From Eledone cirrhosa (lineage: Eukaryota), in NCBI GenBank assembly GCA_964016885.1, contig OZ024760.1:7626001-7690000 (forward strand): a DNA stretch of 64,000 bases. Direction: 5' to 3'. The translations under genes and the position numbers were made by a program. The notes beneath the pieces were generated by a model. It saw only the letters and a list, made by a program, of their open reading frames with translations, was not told the DNA's origin and searched no databases. How positions within the stretch are numbered: position 1 is the first letter of the stretch; each line of letters starts with the position of its first letter. Positions 12,081 through 25,885 of the stretch are shown piece after piece.

Positions 12081-12764
12081 AGGTACGTTGATTTCATTGG
12101 TATTAAGCAACTAAGAGTACCTGACTCCCCTGAATGAGAAGCTAGTCCATCACGGGGACAACACTAACTGCTGCTGGTACTCCTTTTCAGTTGAGTTAAC
12201 TGGAGGAACATGAAATGTAATTTTTTGCATAGCGAAATGCACACCCACCCTCTGAGATGTCATTAGCTCCACTTAAATACTAATTCAGTCTGTAATAACC
12301 CATGCTAGCCTATCCATCGGGAGGAATGATGATGATGATGATGATGGCGAAGCCGAAGAACAACACACTGCTCAGTCAAGGAATGAAGCCCACATTACAA
12401 TCATAAGTTGAGCACACTGACCACAAGGCCACCATTATCTCCAGCCCAGTGACCCTCTAGGCTTGAGAAAAAAACATATTCATCATCATCATCACCATTT
12501 AGCATCTATTTTCCACATTGTGTGAGAAGTCAGATCAGATGACCATGTCTTGCTCATACAGAACTGTTCGTGGTTTCGTTTCTATGACTGGATGCCCTTC
12601 CTAACATCAACCACATTTACAGAATGGACTGGGTGTTTTTTGTCATGTCACCAACACAATCACCTTACATAGTGAACCGGTTGCTTTTTGTCATGTTACC
12701 AACACTATCACCTTACAGGGTAGACTGGGTGCTTAATAAGATAAAAGAAAAAGAAGGTACTTAC

Positions 12765-12956
12765 TGTCCAGGTCTTCTGTAGTAGTGGCCGGTTGAGCAG
12801 ACGGACTTTGGGAATGACATAGTATCAATGCATTTAGTAACTCAGCCACTACTTGCTTGACGACACGTTTCACTGCTGTTACTGTTGAGGATTGTGTGGG
12901 GATAAACTTCACCATCTGGGGTGTATTTAATGCAGCGGATCTGGCTTCATCTTCAT
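12765..12956 (-). CDS. HUWE1: HUWE1 exon 43
   Basis: DEDEARSAALNTPQMVKFIP...KQVVAELLNAL...TEDLD. Confidence 0.88.
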
Positions 12957-13107
12957 CTGAAATTCAGTAGAAAATTTAGGGTTAAAGTTGACATATCACA
13001 TCTCACTTCATTACTACACCATGAGGGACAACATCTGTTGTCCCACCCACATCACGAGGGACATCTGTTATGCCCCTCCCACAGCACGAAGGACAAGCAA
13101 AATTAAA

Positions 13108-13888
13108 TACCATATTTGATGGCTTATAAGACGCACCTCAATTTGGGCAAGTATTTAAAATAAATAAATGGGTTTAAACTACAAATATCAGGTGAAGGGT
13201 GTAAAGTTTGTACATTGTATTTTTTTTATTGTCATTCTACATTGCAATTCTAGTTGTAATATTTTAGTACATTTTTAAAACAAGTCATCATCATCATCAT
13301 TTAACGTCTATTTTCCACGCTATCATGGGTTACACAGGTTTGTCTCATTAGAGGCAAGTTGGGTCAGGTGACCGCCTCTTGATCATATAGGACTGTTTCT
13401 GAGTAGTTTTCTACAGCTGGATGCCCTTCCTAATGCCAAGCACATTTACAGTTTGTGCAGGGTGCTTTTTGTCGTGACTCCTACACGACCACTTTACAGT
13501 GTGAGCTGGGATCTTTTTGTCGTGACACCTACACAACCACTTTACAGTGTGGGCTGGATGTGAAAATAAACATTTGATGTCGTTACACATGCATGGTGAA
13601 GCATCATCACTTAATTTTCTTCCTAACTTGTGTTATTTTATATGAAGTACCCAGTAAGTACTACTGTTATATATTGTTACCTAGGAAAAGAGTCGCCATT
13701 GTTGGTGTAGAAGATATTGCCACCTTGTTTACATTTGCGGTGATGTTTGCAGTTTAATTCAAGGGCCACTGCAGCACTAGAACTCCACTAGCTAGTAACC
13801 CAAATTAACTATTGACCTTTTAAGACAAGGTGATTTTATGGGACATTTAAAACAAAATAAAGCATCTTATAAGCCATCAAATATGGTA
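13108..13888. mobile_element. pogo/Tigger-like MITE with nested SINE tail
   Basis: near-perfect 27-bp TIRs taccatatttgatggcttataaga.gc; SINE tail ~13286-13560 inside. Confidence 0.75.
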
Positions 13889-14145
13889 TGTTGACTCCAG
13901 TACTGAACTGGTACTTTATTTTATCAACCCTGGAAGGATGAAAGGCAAAAGGGTTTTCAACTTAGAACGCAGAAAATTGTTATTAGATGCCACAAAATAA
14001 TTTGTCCGACATTCTAATGATTTGAAAATTATAATCCATGTGTTTCCTTAGAAACACGGTAACGAAAGGGTTAAAAAACAGTTAATAAAAACACACAAAG
14101 ACAATGTAAATATCATAACAAAATTAGACAGAATTTATTACGTAC

Positions 14146-14332
14146 CTCTCTTGGATGGGGGTGGTAAAGCAATACGGAGAGTCTGTTGTGCGATGGCTAC
14201 AAAAACTTCTGGGCAGCGACATGCTGCGGGGCCAAGGACTCGTAATACGTAATGCATCTCTTTAGCACCAGGACTACTTTGGGCTATTCCACTAATGGGT
14301 GACCCAACACCCATTGATGCCATTTTTATCAC
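14146..14332 (-). CDS. HUWE1: HUWE1 exon 42
   Basis: VIKMASMG...YVLRVLGPAACRCPEVF...RIALPPPSKR. Confidence 0.94.
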
Positions 14333-14986
14333 CTGAAATGAAAAATGAAATGAAATTTTCAGTTCATACAAACTTACATCCTATAAGAGGTTTATCAGAC
14401 CTCCTTCATTGTATATCATAAGAGCTTCCTTGGGTGTTTTAATGATAGGAGCACCAGCCCTATCATTAAAATCAATACAAAATGAAGTGACACTACTTCG
14501 TCAAACACCTTCACATGTTTATCACCCAGTAATATAAAACAGAAAACATGCATTTTCTTAAGCAAAAATTTCAGTAGAATTCAAGTCTGCAATAAGGGCC
14601 AACACAGAGGAACCTCAGTTCACAAACGCCTCACATCATAAACAAATCGGTTCACGCACAATTCTTCTGAACATAAAACGTCTGGGTTGACAAACGAAGT
14701 CTCCAGTAATAAGCATGCAAGCCAACAACAAACAGTTGACGACAAGCTTGCAGTATTGTCGGGAAAGCGTCATTTGCTGTGTAGTTAGTTACCGTGGTAG
14801 TAATATCTATCTGTCTTTCACACACAGTCTCTCTCTCTCTCAACATTTTGTAAGGAAAAAATAGTTTCGGTTTACAAACTTTTCAGGAACGAATTAAGTT
14901 TGTGAATTGAGGTTCCACTGTATTTTAAATGACATTTTAGAAACATAAGAGACATTGTAGAGAAATTGTTCAGGTAAATAGCTCAC

Positions 14987-15227
14987 CTTTTCCATGCTGT
15001 ATTTAAGAGCTGACAACTCTTCAAGAATGTGTCTAAAGATGAGGGTAACCAAAGATGTGAAACCTTGGAACAACACTGGCTGTCGTAAATGGAGCAGAAG
15101 CTTCGGCCCACCGAGTTCAGAAAACATCATGGCATATTTGTGTTCACGGGTTAGACGGAGAATTAAGCGCAACGCTGCACTTAAAGTGTTGGAACCAATC
15201 TGCACAGACAACAGGCTCACCATTGAT
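14987..15227 (-). CDS. HUWE1: HUWE1 exon 41
   Basis: SMVSLLSVQIGSNTLSAALRLILRLTREHKYAMMFSEL...KYSMEK. Confidence 0.94.
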
Positions 15228-15635
15228 CTACAAAAGTATTTTGGACATGTTATATATACTGTGATGTAGTATTAAAGGTTTTAAAAATACTGTGCACCAG
15301 CATGCTACATTTTTAATGTACACAGTCAGCTATATATAGGATAAAGATCCCATAACTCCTTGTGGAGTTGTAGAGGCACCATCCTACGGTGTGTCTAGGG
15401 CACATTTAAACTTGGCGGGGCCCAACCCTCTCCAGGTCTGAATACAGCCGATTTTTTCTATGAAGGAAGGATCGAAGTACTGGACTGGACTGGTCATTTT
15501 TCTATCAACCTTGAAAGGATGAAAGGCAAAGTTGACCATGGCGGGATTTGAACTTGGAGCGCGCAAGAATCTGGATGAATACTATAAAGCATTCTATCTG
15601 ACGCCTTAAAGGCTCTGCCAATTTGCCGCCTTCAG

Positions 15636-15715
<80 letters not shown>

Positions 15716-16270
15716 TATATCATCATCATCATCATTATCAACGTTTAACGTCCGTGTTCCACGCTTGCATGGGTTTGGACGGGAGTAGTCCCACTTGAGG
15801 CAAGAGTGGTTATCTTGCTCGCATAGGACTATCTGGCGTGTTTTCTACAGTTGGATGCCCTTCCTAACACCAACCACATTTACAGTGTGTATATATATAT
15901 AACCACAAGTCTGGTGAACTATCGATTTCAGAGTCAGGCATGATCGATACTGATTGCACCATGAGCTAAACGATCGTGGAACGTGCATCATACATGAATG
16001 AACATAATGTTATATTGATGCCTCATTATTATTATTATGATTATATAATTCAAAATTCAATAAGACTAAGGATAAATATTAATTTAAACATTTACGGTTT
16101 CGCAGGATTTACTAAAATTATTAATTATTTCGTCACAAAGGTAACTTAATGTAAGGTTCTTAGTTTAAATTAAAATCTTCCAACATAATTTTATATATTT
16201 CTATTTCATAGAGCCAGACCCAGTTTTTGGCAATTAAAGAGTTAATAGTGAAAAAAAATGTGATACTTAC

Positions 16271-16517
16271 ACAATGACCTTTGAACAGCTCTCCTCGGGG
16301 AGGCCAACAATAACTATTTCTGGTTTTGTCTCTTCAGAAATAGATGGTAAGGGTGGGGGTGGTGGAGAAACTGGAGTACCGGCTGACGTACTACTACTAC
16401 TACTACTGCTGCTGCTAGTAGTAGTAGCGGTGGTACTGCTTATTGCTGCTACAGCGCTGGTATTACTGGGGGTGCCCAGATTGGTAGCAGAAGAGTCTTG
16501 AGAACCCTCAGAGGCGG
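16271..16517 (-). CDS. HUWE1: HUWE1 exon 40 (S/T/P-rich linker)
   Basis: AASEGSQD...TTTSSSSSSSSSTS...PPPPP...EETKPEIVIVGLPEE; phases fit neighbours. Confidence 0.87.
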
Positions 16518-16699
16518 CTGTAAAGGAACACATTGAAATATAATTAAGGTTTCTGCTTTAACAAAGGCACAAGGTAGGAAATTTAGAGGAGGAGGAGGAG
16601 GAGGTGTGGTTAATTACAATGACTCAGTACTTGACTGGTACTTATTTTATTGACCCTAAGAGGATGAACGGCAAAGTTCCCCTTGGTGGGATGTAAAGA

Positions 16700-17430
16700 C
16701 AGTTAAATATAGGCCAACATATAGCCATCACACAGTTATATAGTTAACAGTGGGCTAACATATAGCCATCACACAGTTATATAGTTAACAGTGGGCTAAC
16801 ATATACCCATCACACAGTTATATAGTTAACAGTGGGCTAACATATACCCATTACACAGTTATATAGTTAACAGTGGGCTAACATATACCCATCACACAGT
16901 TATATAGTTAACAGTGGGCTAACATATAGCCATCACACAGTTATATAGTTAACAGTGGGCTAACATATACCCATCACAGTTATATAGTTAACAGTGGGCT
17001 AACATATACCCATCACACAGTTATATAGTTAACAGTGGGCTAACATATACCCATCACAGTTATATAGTTAACAGTGGGCCAAGATATACCCATCACAGTT
17101 ATATAGTTAACAGTGGGCTAACATATACCCATCACAGTTATATAGTTAACAGTGGGCTAACATATACCCATCACAGTTATATAGTTAACAGTGGGCCAAG
17201 ATATACCCATCACAGTTATATAGTTAACAGTGGGCTAACATATACCCATCACAGTTATATAGTTAACAGTGGGCTAACATATACCCATCACACAGTTATA
17301 TAGTTAACAGTGGGCCAAGATATACCTATTACTGTTATATAGTTAACCGAGGGCCAACATATAGCCATCACAATTATATAATAATTTGTGGGCTAGTATA
17401 TACCCATTACAGTTACATAGTTAACTGTGG
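16700..17430 (+). repeat. 40-42-bp minisatellite, ~17 copies
   Basis: cagttatatagttaacagtgggctaacatatacccatca(ca). Confidence 0.95.
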
Positions 17431-17460
17431 GGAAAACTAAGGCAAATGAAATGTACTTAC

Positions 17461-17572
17461 CAGCAGGTTCAACGGGGTAATTTTTGCTGTTACTGGTAGA
17501 TTTTTCTTTAACATCTTCTTTGCCGGGCAAGGCCAACATAATTGGCCGCCGATTTCCTGTCTCCTCATTAAT
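17461..17572 (-). CDS. HUWE1: HUWE1 exon 39 (WWE end)
   Basis: INEETGNRRPIMLALPGKEDVKEKSTSNSKNYPVEPA. Confidence 0.92.
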
Positions 17573-18088
17573 CTATTCAAAAAAAAAAAAAAAAAAAAAA
17601 AAAAGATGCAAAATTATTGTGTTAAAAATTTTTTTCAGATCTGTGTACCCTAATAACAGCAGAAATAGGGTTGATTAGCTTTTAAAAAAATTTGAAAACT
17701 ATTAACCCTTTCGAGAGGGAGATAAACCAGATTCTGCACCTGTGATCCCCAGCCAATACTCACAACAACACACGCTCACATCTTAAATAAAAATTCATAG
17801 GCCGACTATAAAATCTTGCATGGATTAATTTCAACTTTTCTTATTGTTAATAACTGCATTGTTTCTCTCCAGGGACTATGTTGAAAAATAAACCTCATTT
17901 GTTCATTCTCTGAGAGTATCTTGGTCAGTTGAACCTCGTATAGTATATTTTTAGTTTGACCCAGTAATAAATTACGCTTTCCTTATTTGCAAGGCAACAA
18001 ATTCCAAATGGAGGATAAAGAATATAATTAAAACCCGAGAATTCTCTTTACAATAGCCACAGTAATTCACAGACACTCAAAAATCCAT

Positions 18089-18293
18089 GTTAACCCGTTG
18101 ACTGCCACATATATATTTTACACAACTACGTTACTGTGCAGGTTTTTTTTTTTTCAGTAAAATGACTATTTTGATTGACAAACATCACAGCAATAAACTA
18201 GTAACCCCATCTAGCTTTGAAGTTATGGACTGTTGGAAACGAGTTCAAATATGTTAGGGTGAGTTATTTCGTCTAGACCACTGAAGAGGTTAA
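18089..18293. mobile_element. TTAA-flanked MITE family B (also 19174-19589, 51796-51995)
   Basis: ttaacccgttgactgcc...cactgaagaggttaa; shared internal cccatctagctttgaagttatg. Confidence 0.7.
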
Positions 18294-18324
18294 ATCATAC
18301 AAGAACAAAAAACAGATTACAAAC

Positions 18325-18376
18325 CTGGACCATGGTATTAAAATGAACCGTGTACCTTCTTCTTCCAGCTTGAAAT
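18325..18376 (-). CDS. HUWE1: HUWE1 exon 38 (WWE)
   Basis: FQAGRRRYTVHFNTMVQ. Confidence 0.94.
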
Positions 18377-19287
18377 CTGAAATAGAAATTACAAAATGTA
18401 TTCAACCTTAAAATATGATGGGGCAGATAGTTAGGAAGAATGAAAACAAGAAAAAAAAAATTAAAACTTACAGCTAACACATTTAAGGGTTTAGTTGGCC
18501 TCCCAGGAGCTTGTATCACAAAGGGGGTTTCTTGAGTGTTTCAATGATAGATTCCTATGTTAATGTTACAACTCATACCTATGAAAATTTAGCTGACCCC
18601 TGAGGAGGTGGTATCTCATAGGAGGTTTCTTGGGAGTTTTAATAATGGTTTTTGATTTAGGCACAAGGCCAACAATTTGAGGGGGAAGGGAAAGTCAATT
18701 AAATTAAGTGCATTACTGGTACTTTATTTTATCGACCCAGTAAGGGTGAAAGGCAAAGTTAACCTCGGCAGGATTTGAACTCAGAACGTAAAGGGCCATA
18801 ACAATATGCTGCAAAGCATGTTTGATGCTATACCAATACTGCCGATCCTGTCATGTTATTGTTACAACTTACACCTATGTATATTTAGCTGGCCTCCTAA
18901 GAGGTATCTCGTATGTGGTTTCTTGAGTTTTAATGAGAGGGGCCCTACTCCTATCATGAAAAGCAATATGAAATGAAGCCTCTTAAGAACACAACACACT
19001 GACCAGTCCATGTATCGAACCCATGACTCCTACGAGCCCAACACATTAACACTTTTCAACACTGGCATGGGTTGGACTATCAAAAATACAATCAACAAAC
19101 AGTGATGGCTGATCCAAACATCTGGCAAGGGTAAGCATGTTTTTTATTTTTTTTTAATATAGTAAAGAAAGGGTTAACTTGTTGACTGCCACATATATTT
19201 TATACAGCTACAGTTGCTGTGTCGGGTTTTTTGACAAATGTCAAACCCCATCTAGCTTTGAAGTTATGAACTGTTGACGAGTTCAAA

Positions 19288-19580
19288 CATGTTAGGACAA
19301 GTTATCTTGTCCGTGGCACTGGAATGCATACATGTTAGGACAAGTTATCTCGTCCGTGGCACTGGAATGCATACATGTTAGGACAAGTTATCTTGTCCGT
19401 GGCACTGGAATGCATACATGTTAGGACAAGTTATCTCGTCCGTGGCACTGGAATGCATACATGTTAGGACAAGTTATCTCGTCCGTGGCACTGGAATGCA
19501 TACATGTTAGGACAAGTTATCTCGTCCGTGGCACTGGAATGCATACATGTTAGGACAAGTTATCTCGTCCGTGGCACTGG
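19288..19580 (+). repeat. 43-bp minisatellite, ~7 copies inside a MITE-B copy
   Basis: catgttaggacaagttatctcgtccgtggcactggaatgcata. Confidence 0.95.
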
Positions 19581-19633
19581 AGAGGTTAAAAGGGTTTTCC
19601 AACATGTAAGAAATATGACAGAGTGCTACTTAC

Positions 19634-19749
19634 TTTACACTAGATTCACCACGTCTATAGGCTACATCGATTGTTTTGTTGTTGCTTACGCTATAGTTAC
19701 ACCAGCGACCACTCCGATCATCAAACCATTTCCAAGTGTGACAATTAGC
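19634..19749 (-). CDS. HUWE1: HUWE1 exon 37 (WWE domain N-part)
   Basis: [39 protein letters not shown]. Confidence 0.95.
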
Positions 19750-20864
19750 CTGTCAAGACAAACATCAATAATCAATAATCAATTATAACCAGGAAAAGAA
19801 ATACGAAAAAAAAAAATTAGTTTACAATCTCCATAATATCATGTATGTATGTATGGAGTTGTAGGGAGTGTGTAATGTCATATGGCATGTATAGGGCATT
19901 TTAAACCTAGCAGAGCCCATCCCTCTTGAGGTCTGAACACAGCTGATTTCTTCAAGGAGAGGAGGAGGAGGGGGGGGGGGTAATAGAAGCAAAAATTGAT
20001 TGCCCCCACCCAACCCTTCAAAGGATAAAAGGCTAAGTTGACTTTAGTAGGATTTAAACTAAGAGTGCAGAAAAACAATCATCATCATCGTTTAACGTCT
20101 ATCTTCCACGCTAGCATGGGTTAAGACTGGTATACAACAAAGCATTCTATCCAACGTTCTAAAAACTGCCAATTTGTTAATAATAAAAAAGACGAATCTA
20201 TAATGTTATCAGACAACATGGGGGAATTATCTGATATGTTTACAAATAGACATCAGACTAAAGACTATCTGAACTGAAAACAGTAATGGCTGATCAAAGC
20301 ATCTGGTGAGGGTAAATCAAGACATCTGGCAAGGTGGAGATCAAGACATGTAGCAGTGTTTACTTGAATCGGTCAGAAAATTGTTTCTGATGACATGTGG
20401 CAATACAATAGTATGTATTACTATTTCTATTTATTCACAAATTATTTCATTGGGTAAAAATCAAACTAAAAGTAATTTAACCCATTAGCATTGACATTAC
20501 TCTATATTTACTATTAGATTTTCATGGTAAAGGCTTTATCTCACATAGCATTGACATTACTCTATATTTACTATTAGATTTTCATGGTAAAGGCTTTATC
20601 TCACATAGCATTTACATTACTCTATATTTACTATTAGATTTTCATGGTAAAGGCTACCTCACATAATATCAAATCTATGAGATTTTGATATTTATTTTGA
20701 ACACAATACCTTAACATCAGTATGAGGGGCCGGTTAGAGCCACCAGTTTGAACAGAAAGAGGTGAGAGAATTTTGGCTGGATACAGCCGGTTTAAATGTT
20801 AAAGGGTTAATATCCAAGATGATCCAGTTGGTTAGAAACTAGAAAAAAAAAAAATCAATCTTAC

Positions 20865-20952
20865 CAACAAAATTTCAGCTTCGGTCTTGCGCTTGGATAT
20901 CACAGCTACTTTTTCATATAAATCCAAGAGGAGAAGAAGAGGTGCCATCCAT
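20865..20952 (-). CDS. HUWE1: HUWE1 exon 36
   Basis: WMAPLLLLLDLYEKVAVISKRKTEAEILL. Confidence 0.92.
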
Positions 20953-21715
20953 CTAAAAAAAACAAAACAACAATAATAACAGGAACATAGATCTACCATT
21001 AAATCTATAGTGGTGGACCTAGAAAGGAGATGGGCTCCGCCAGGTTAAATATAAACTGGCCTAGAAACACTGTTACGGCAGTGCCCCTACAACTCCCTCA
21101 AGAGTTATGGGTCTATACATACAATAGGAAAATGCAATATTTTATAAGTTACACTGCGTGTATCCAGTTTAGAAAAGATACAACAATCCCCAGAAAATCT
21201 CATCCTTGTACTTCTGCAACTACCTCCAATACATCGTATTATTTTTACTTTACAGACTGGGCCCTTGTTAGATTACTCACAATAAAAACAACAATAATTA
21301 TGTTGTCTTAATACACACAGGTACAATTTTGGCAATTTATGTTCCATATACACTCAAATATATGTTGACCCCACTATTTTATGTCTGAGAAATGGGCAAA
21401 AATTTAAACCTTATTTACGTAGGATTTGAAGTAGACATATTCAGGGCCAATATTTTGATTTTCACTGACACCCTTCTACCATCGATATTTTGGTAACATA
21501 CACCTCAGCTTATATTTAAGTATATATACAGTAACTTATATAAATTTACATTGAGTTAGAAAAAAAAAACTATGTAAATTTATATATTTTTTAAATGTAT
21601 ATTTATACATACTAAATTATATGGCTCCGATAATCTAGAATTTACAGGTGATGCAGTCCACCACACCTGCCCTAACGATGCAAACATGAAAAACTAAACA
21701 AGAAAGGATACTTAC

Positions 21716-21834
21716 TTGAGACTGATAGATTCTTTAGACTGAGCTAAATACTCCTGAGTTCCTTCCAATACATCTACTAGTAGACATACAATATTACTGT
21801 CTTGAATGACCCTGGCTGTTGGGATCATCACCTC
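21716..21834 (-). CDS. HUWE1: HUWE1 exon 35
   Basis: EVMIPTARVIQDSNIVCLLVDVLEGTQEYLAQSKESISLK. Confidence 0.87.
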
Positions 21835-21962
21835 CTACAAGAAATATTGGGGGGTTTTAATGGATATTTTATAATCATACATATATCATCATCACCATTT
21901 AATGTATCTTCCATGCTAGCATGGGTTAGACTGGTTGTCACTATTTTTAATGTATATCTTGT

Positions 21963-22215
21963 GAAGGTGCGTGGCTGACTGATTAGAGAATTGGATTCAT
22001 AATCGTGAGGTTGTGAGTTCGATTCCCAGACCAGGTGAAGCGGTATGTCCCTGAGCAAGACACTATTTCACGTTGCTCCCCCTGCTTGGAGTTGTGACAG
22101 GTAGATAGCATTAGCAATTGGAAAGACCAATGGAAACATCGTTTCCTCAGTCCGATTTGAAGAGCACCACCCAACTCGTTAAACGAATGAGGTCTGGGAT
22201 TGTGTCGATCGATCT
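21963..22215 (+). mobile_element. Second CORE-like tRNA SINE subfamily (also 40745-40926, 48340-48573, 60915-61152, all -)
   Basis: tRNA head gtgagttcgattccc, ctgagcaagacac core, distinct body gcaattggaaagaccaatggaaac. Confidence 0.75.
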
Positions 22216-22421
22216 TTTCCTTGTGTACATCATCATCATTTAATATATCTTCCATGCTAGCATGGGTTAGACTTGCCGTCACTATTTTTAATGTATATCT
22301 TCCAATAAGGAAGAGATTACCAGGTGTCAATTGTGGAGAAGACTTACAAAAAGACACAGCCACCTTGACCACCAGGGCAAGTGACCCCCTCCCCTAATTG
22401 TCCTAATAATAATATACACAA

Positions 22422-22480
<59 letters not shown>

Positions 22481-22682
22481 CATACAGAGTCTGCCCCAAA
22501 AAACATGTCTACACACTTCAGGAAAACCTGTATAAATATTTATCTTGTTTAAAACACACACACACACACGATGAATTTCCATGAGATATTTTGATGCAAG
22601 AAATATACTGTTGAATAATTAAATATATATATATATATCTTTTTCCTGAAGTGTGTATTCATTTCATTGGCAGTGTCTGTGT

Positions 22683-22733
<51 letters not shown>

Positions 22734-22770
22734 CATACATACATACACACAGATAAAAGCATATTTTTAC

Positions 22771-22911
22771 CTCACAAAGAAGACTCAACAAATGAAGCCT
22801 GGCCCCAAAAGCTGTAGTTTCTTGAGATTCTAAAACCAGCTTTACATCTTCACATTTCATGCTACTAGCTGATCGGACATCCTGAGAAATTTTCTCACCA
22901 AGTTGGAAAAT
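22771..22911 (-). CDS. HUWE1: HUWE1 exon 34
   Basis: IFQLGEKISQDVRSASSMKCEDVKLVLESQETTAFGARLHLLSLLCE. Confidence 0.87.
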
Positions 22912-23437
22912 CTAGATTGAAAAACAGATAAGGAGAAAATAAAATATATCACCATACATTTTATAGACAGAATAACTACCAAGGCCAGTTTCAGTCAATT
23001 AAGAGTTAAAACAATCTTGCTACAATACCAACCATCACATTGCTTAGTTATGTCTTTCAAAATTTTATTGATTAGATATGAAGTATTTTGGTGTAGTCAA
23101 TGGTGTTTTAATGCGTCTCCCTTCTTTGTCAGTTGACGCACTTGGGATACTTTTTCATCTATATATGTGTAATTTGTCTAAAGGCTTAACTTGTCCTGCC
23201 TTTGTCTTTACCTGTTTTGTTATGTCCCAATGTACACTGGAATGAATAATATCAACCTAAATATCCTGAAACCATAGAGGTTAACTGAAAAGATGGGACC
23301 GTTTTTCTTTCCATTGTTTTTGTCTTGTTGCACCCCCTCTTTTGTATATATATATATATTTTGTAACTGGGTAACTGCATTTAGTATGGAGTCCCTTGGA
23401 TAGTTTAGGGCAGGATTATAAAATTAAACCAACTCAC

Positions 23438-23677
23438 CTCACTGGTCAAGGTTTGCAGCATCTTTTTCCTAAGTTCATCTCCAGCATACTGTGACACTAC
23501 AAGGACAAGGTCACAAATCCTATACACTGTTTCTGGTAACTTGTCCAGCAGTGACAAACATCCTGGCAGTGCATTAGCAGAAAAATCTGCCAGCACGGAG
23601 GAATCTAACGGGTCTTCCGGTTGTTGGTTTTCATCTTCCGGCTCGGATGATTTTTCTTCCTTTTTCTGACTTTCCTC
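23438..23677 (-). CDS. HUWE1: HUWE1 exon 33
   Basis: EESQKKEE...LPGCLSLLDKLPETVYRICDL...LTSE. Confidence 0.92.
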
Positions 23678-24883
23678 CTGTAACAAAAATAAGTTCCATT
23701 TTAATACTCCCACATCATCATCATCATCACCACCTAACATAAGTCTTCCCTGCTAGCAAGGGTTAGAATCATCACATCCACATGTATATCTTCCCTGCTA
23801 GCAAGTTTTGGAATCGTCGTACTCGAGAAGACCTACTGCCTTCAGAATTGAGCCAGAGATGTGGGGGTTTACACATTGCTACATACTCTCTGGTGTCAGA
23901 GTTGGTGGAGCCTACACACCACTAACATAGGTTCCCACACTCTACTGAATGCATTACATTTTGGCACCAACACTAAGGAGGTTGTCATGTCTCTGACACA
24001 ATTGAAGAGTCCTGCCACCAACACTTTGTTTGGCAGATTTTCTTCAATTACAAATATTACACATCATCAAGAAATAAAACTAGCTCACACCTCTACAGGT
24101 TTAACTGGCTTCCTACAAAGTTGTGTCTCAGGTTTCTCAGATGGTTGAACAATCTGTGAATACCTTTACCAATCTTGCTAAATATAAGACAATAATTAGA
24201 GGCTTGGCACGTAGCCTTGTGGGAATGGTGTTGGACTTACAATCCTAATGTTAGGAATTCGATTCCTGGACTGAGTTGTGTGTTGTGTTCTTCAGCAAAA
24301 TGCTTCATTATTTCACATTGTTCCAATATACTTAACTAAAAATGAGTACCAGCAGTAGCTGGAGGTATAACCCTGAGATGGACTGGTATCCTATCTAGGG
24401 GAGAATCTTGTGCCCTTAGTTAGATAACACCATGGAAATCGGGATAAGCATTGGTCTGATGAGCCTCCAGGTTAAAGATAAACTTTAACCCTGCAATGAA
24501 CTGGTATCCTGTCCAGGGAGGAGTCTTGTACTCTCAGTCGCTTCATGCCACAGAAACCGGCGATAAGCACTGGCTCGATGAGCCCAACACACTAAACATG
24601 CAGTAACAGAAGGACTCATAAACTGGTTATAGAGTCAAAATAATATTCTTCATCATCAATAGAGTGTTTACTGCAAAGTTTCACCAATAGAAGCTGCTTT
24701 TCAAAACAATCAGTTTTGAGAAGCAGAATATAACAACAAAACTTAAGTAAATAGCCACTATTAATAGTTCCTAATTTAGGCACAAGGCCAGCAATGGAGA
24801 AGGGGGGCTATAACAACTCCAGTACACGACTGGTACTTGATGTTAACTTCGGAAGAATAAAAGGTGAAAGTTGTCTTCAGCGA

Positions 24884-25070
24884 GATTTGAGCCCAGAACA
24901 TAAAGGGTCATGGATTAAATGACAGGATTTGAGCCCAGAACATAAAGGGTCATGGATTAAATGACAGGATTTGAGCCCAGAACATAAAGGGTCATGGATT
25001 AAATGACAGGATTTGAGCCCAGAACATAAAGGGTCATGGATTAAATGACAGGATTTGAGCCCAGAACTTA
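24884..25070 (+). repeat. 42-bp tandem repeat, ~4.5 copies inside a Meta-like SINE
   Basis: gatttgagcccagaacataaagggtcatggattaaatgacag. Confidence 0.92.
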
Positions 25071-25193
25071 AAGAGCTGAAACTAAATTATGCAAAGTATT
25101 TTGCCTCTGTCACTAACAGTTTTGCCAATCCACTGCCTTAACAGCCAGAATTAATGTAAAATCTAGTTAGAAAAAATTACTTTAATAAATTAC

Positions 25194-25286
25194 CTGATCG
25201 GTTGACATCACAACATTCTCTCCTAAAGACATGGCAATTGCTCTGAGCATCTGATCTTCTTCAGACATTTCCATATCTAGACTTTG
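25194..25286 (-). CDS. HUWE1: HUWE1 exon 32 (UIM)
   Basis: QSLDMEMSEEDQMLRAIAMSLGENVVMSTDQ; UIM pattern EEDQxxRAIAMSL. Confidence 0.93.
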
Positions 25287-25542
25287 CTGAAAGACAAAGA
25301 ACACATGCATATAATGAATAACAACAGAAGTATTTAATAAATAGCTACAGAATTATGAATAAATAGCTACACATGTATGGTTTCTAATTTTGTCACAAAA
25401 CCAACAATTTGGGGAGGAACGGAAAGTCAATATCAACCCCAGTACTTTACTGTGAATGTGTACTTTTGTTTAGTGTGTGTTTGCACGGTTATATTTATAT
25501 ACTCATACATATAAATGTATGCATATGCACACATACACACAC

Positions 25543-25575
<33 letters not shown>

Positions 25576-25744
25576 TACACGCCAGAGTATGGAAAAAAAT
25601 TCTAGTAAAAATAAAAATAAGAAAATAAAAGCAATACTACCAAAACAGTGTCCTCCCATATTAAAACATTTGACCACATCAATGAAATTTTGAATTGGAG
25701 AGAGGAGAGAAGGAAAATAAAACAAGGGGTAATTTGTTACTTAC

Positions 25745-25885
25745 ATTAGATATAAGAGAACTACTAACACCAGCAGTCATTGACGGTGGCATATTAGTAA
25801 GTATGTAGTCAGTGGCCTGTTCTAAGGTCACAGTATGAAGTAATGACTCCATGGCATGTTCACGGCTGAAGCCCATATCTACCAG
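25745..25885 (-). CDS. HUWE1: HUWE1 exon 31 (UBA domain core)
   Basis: [31 protein letters not shown]; MGF motif of UBA. Confidence 0.92.

Noticed and set aside
24456-24490. CTGATGAG as a ribozyme core (also 11499)
   Set aside because: Part of SINE sequence; no correctly placed GAAA/stem III/UH
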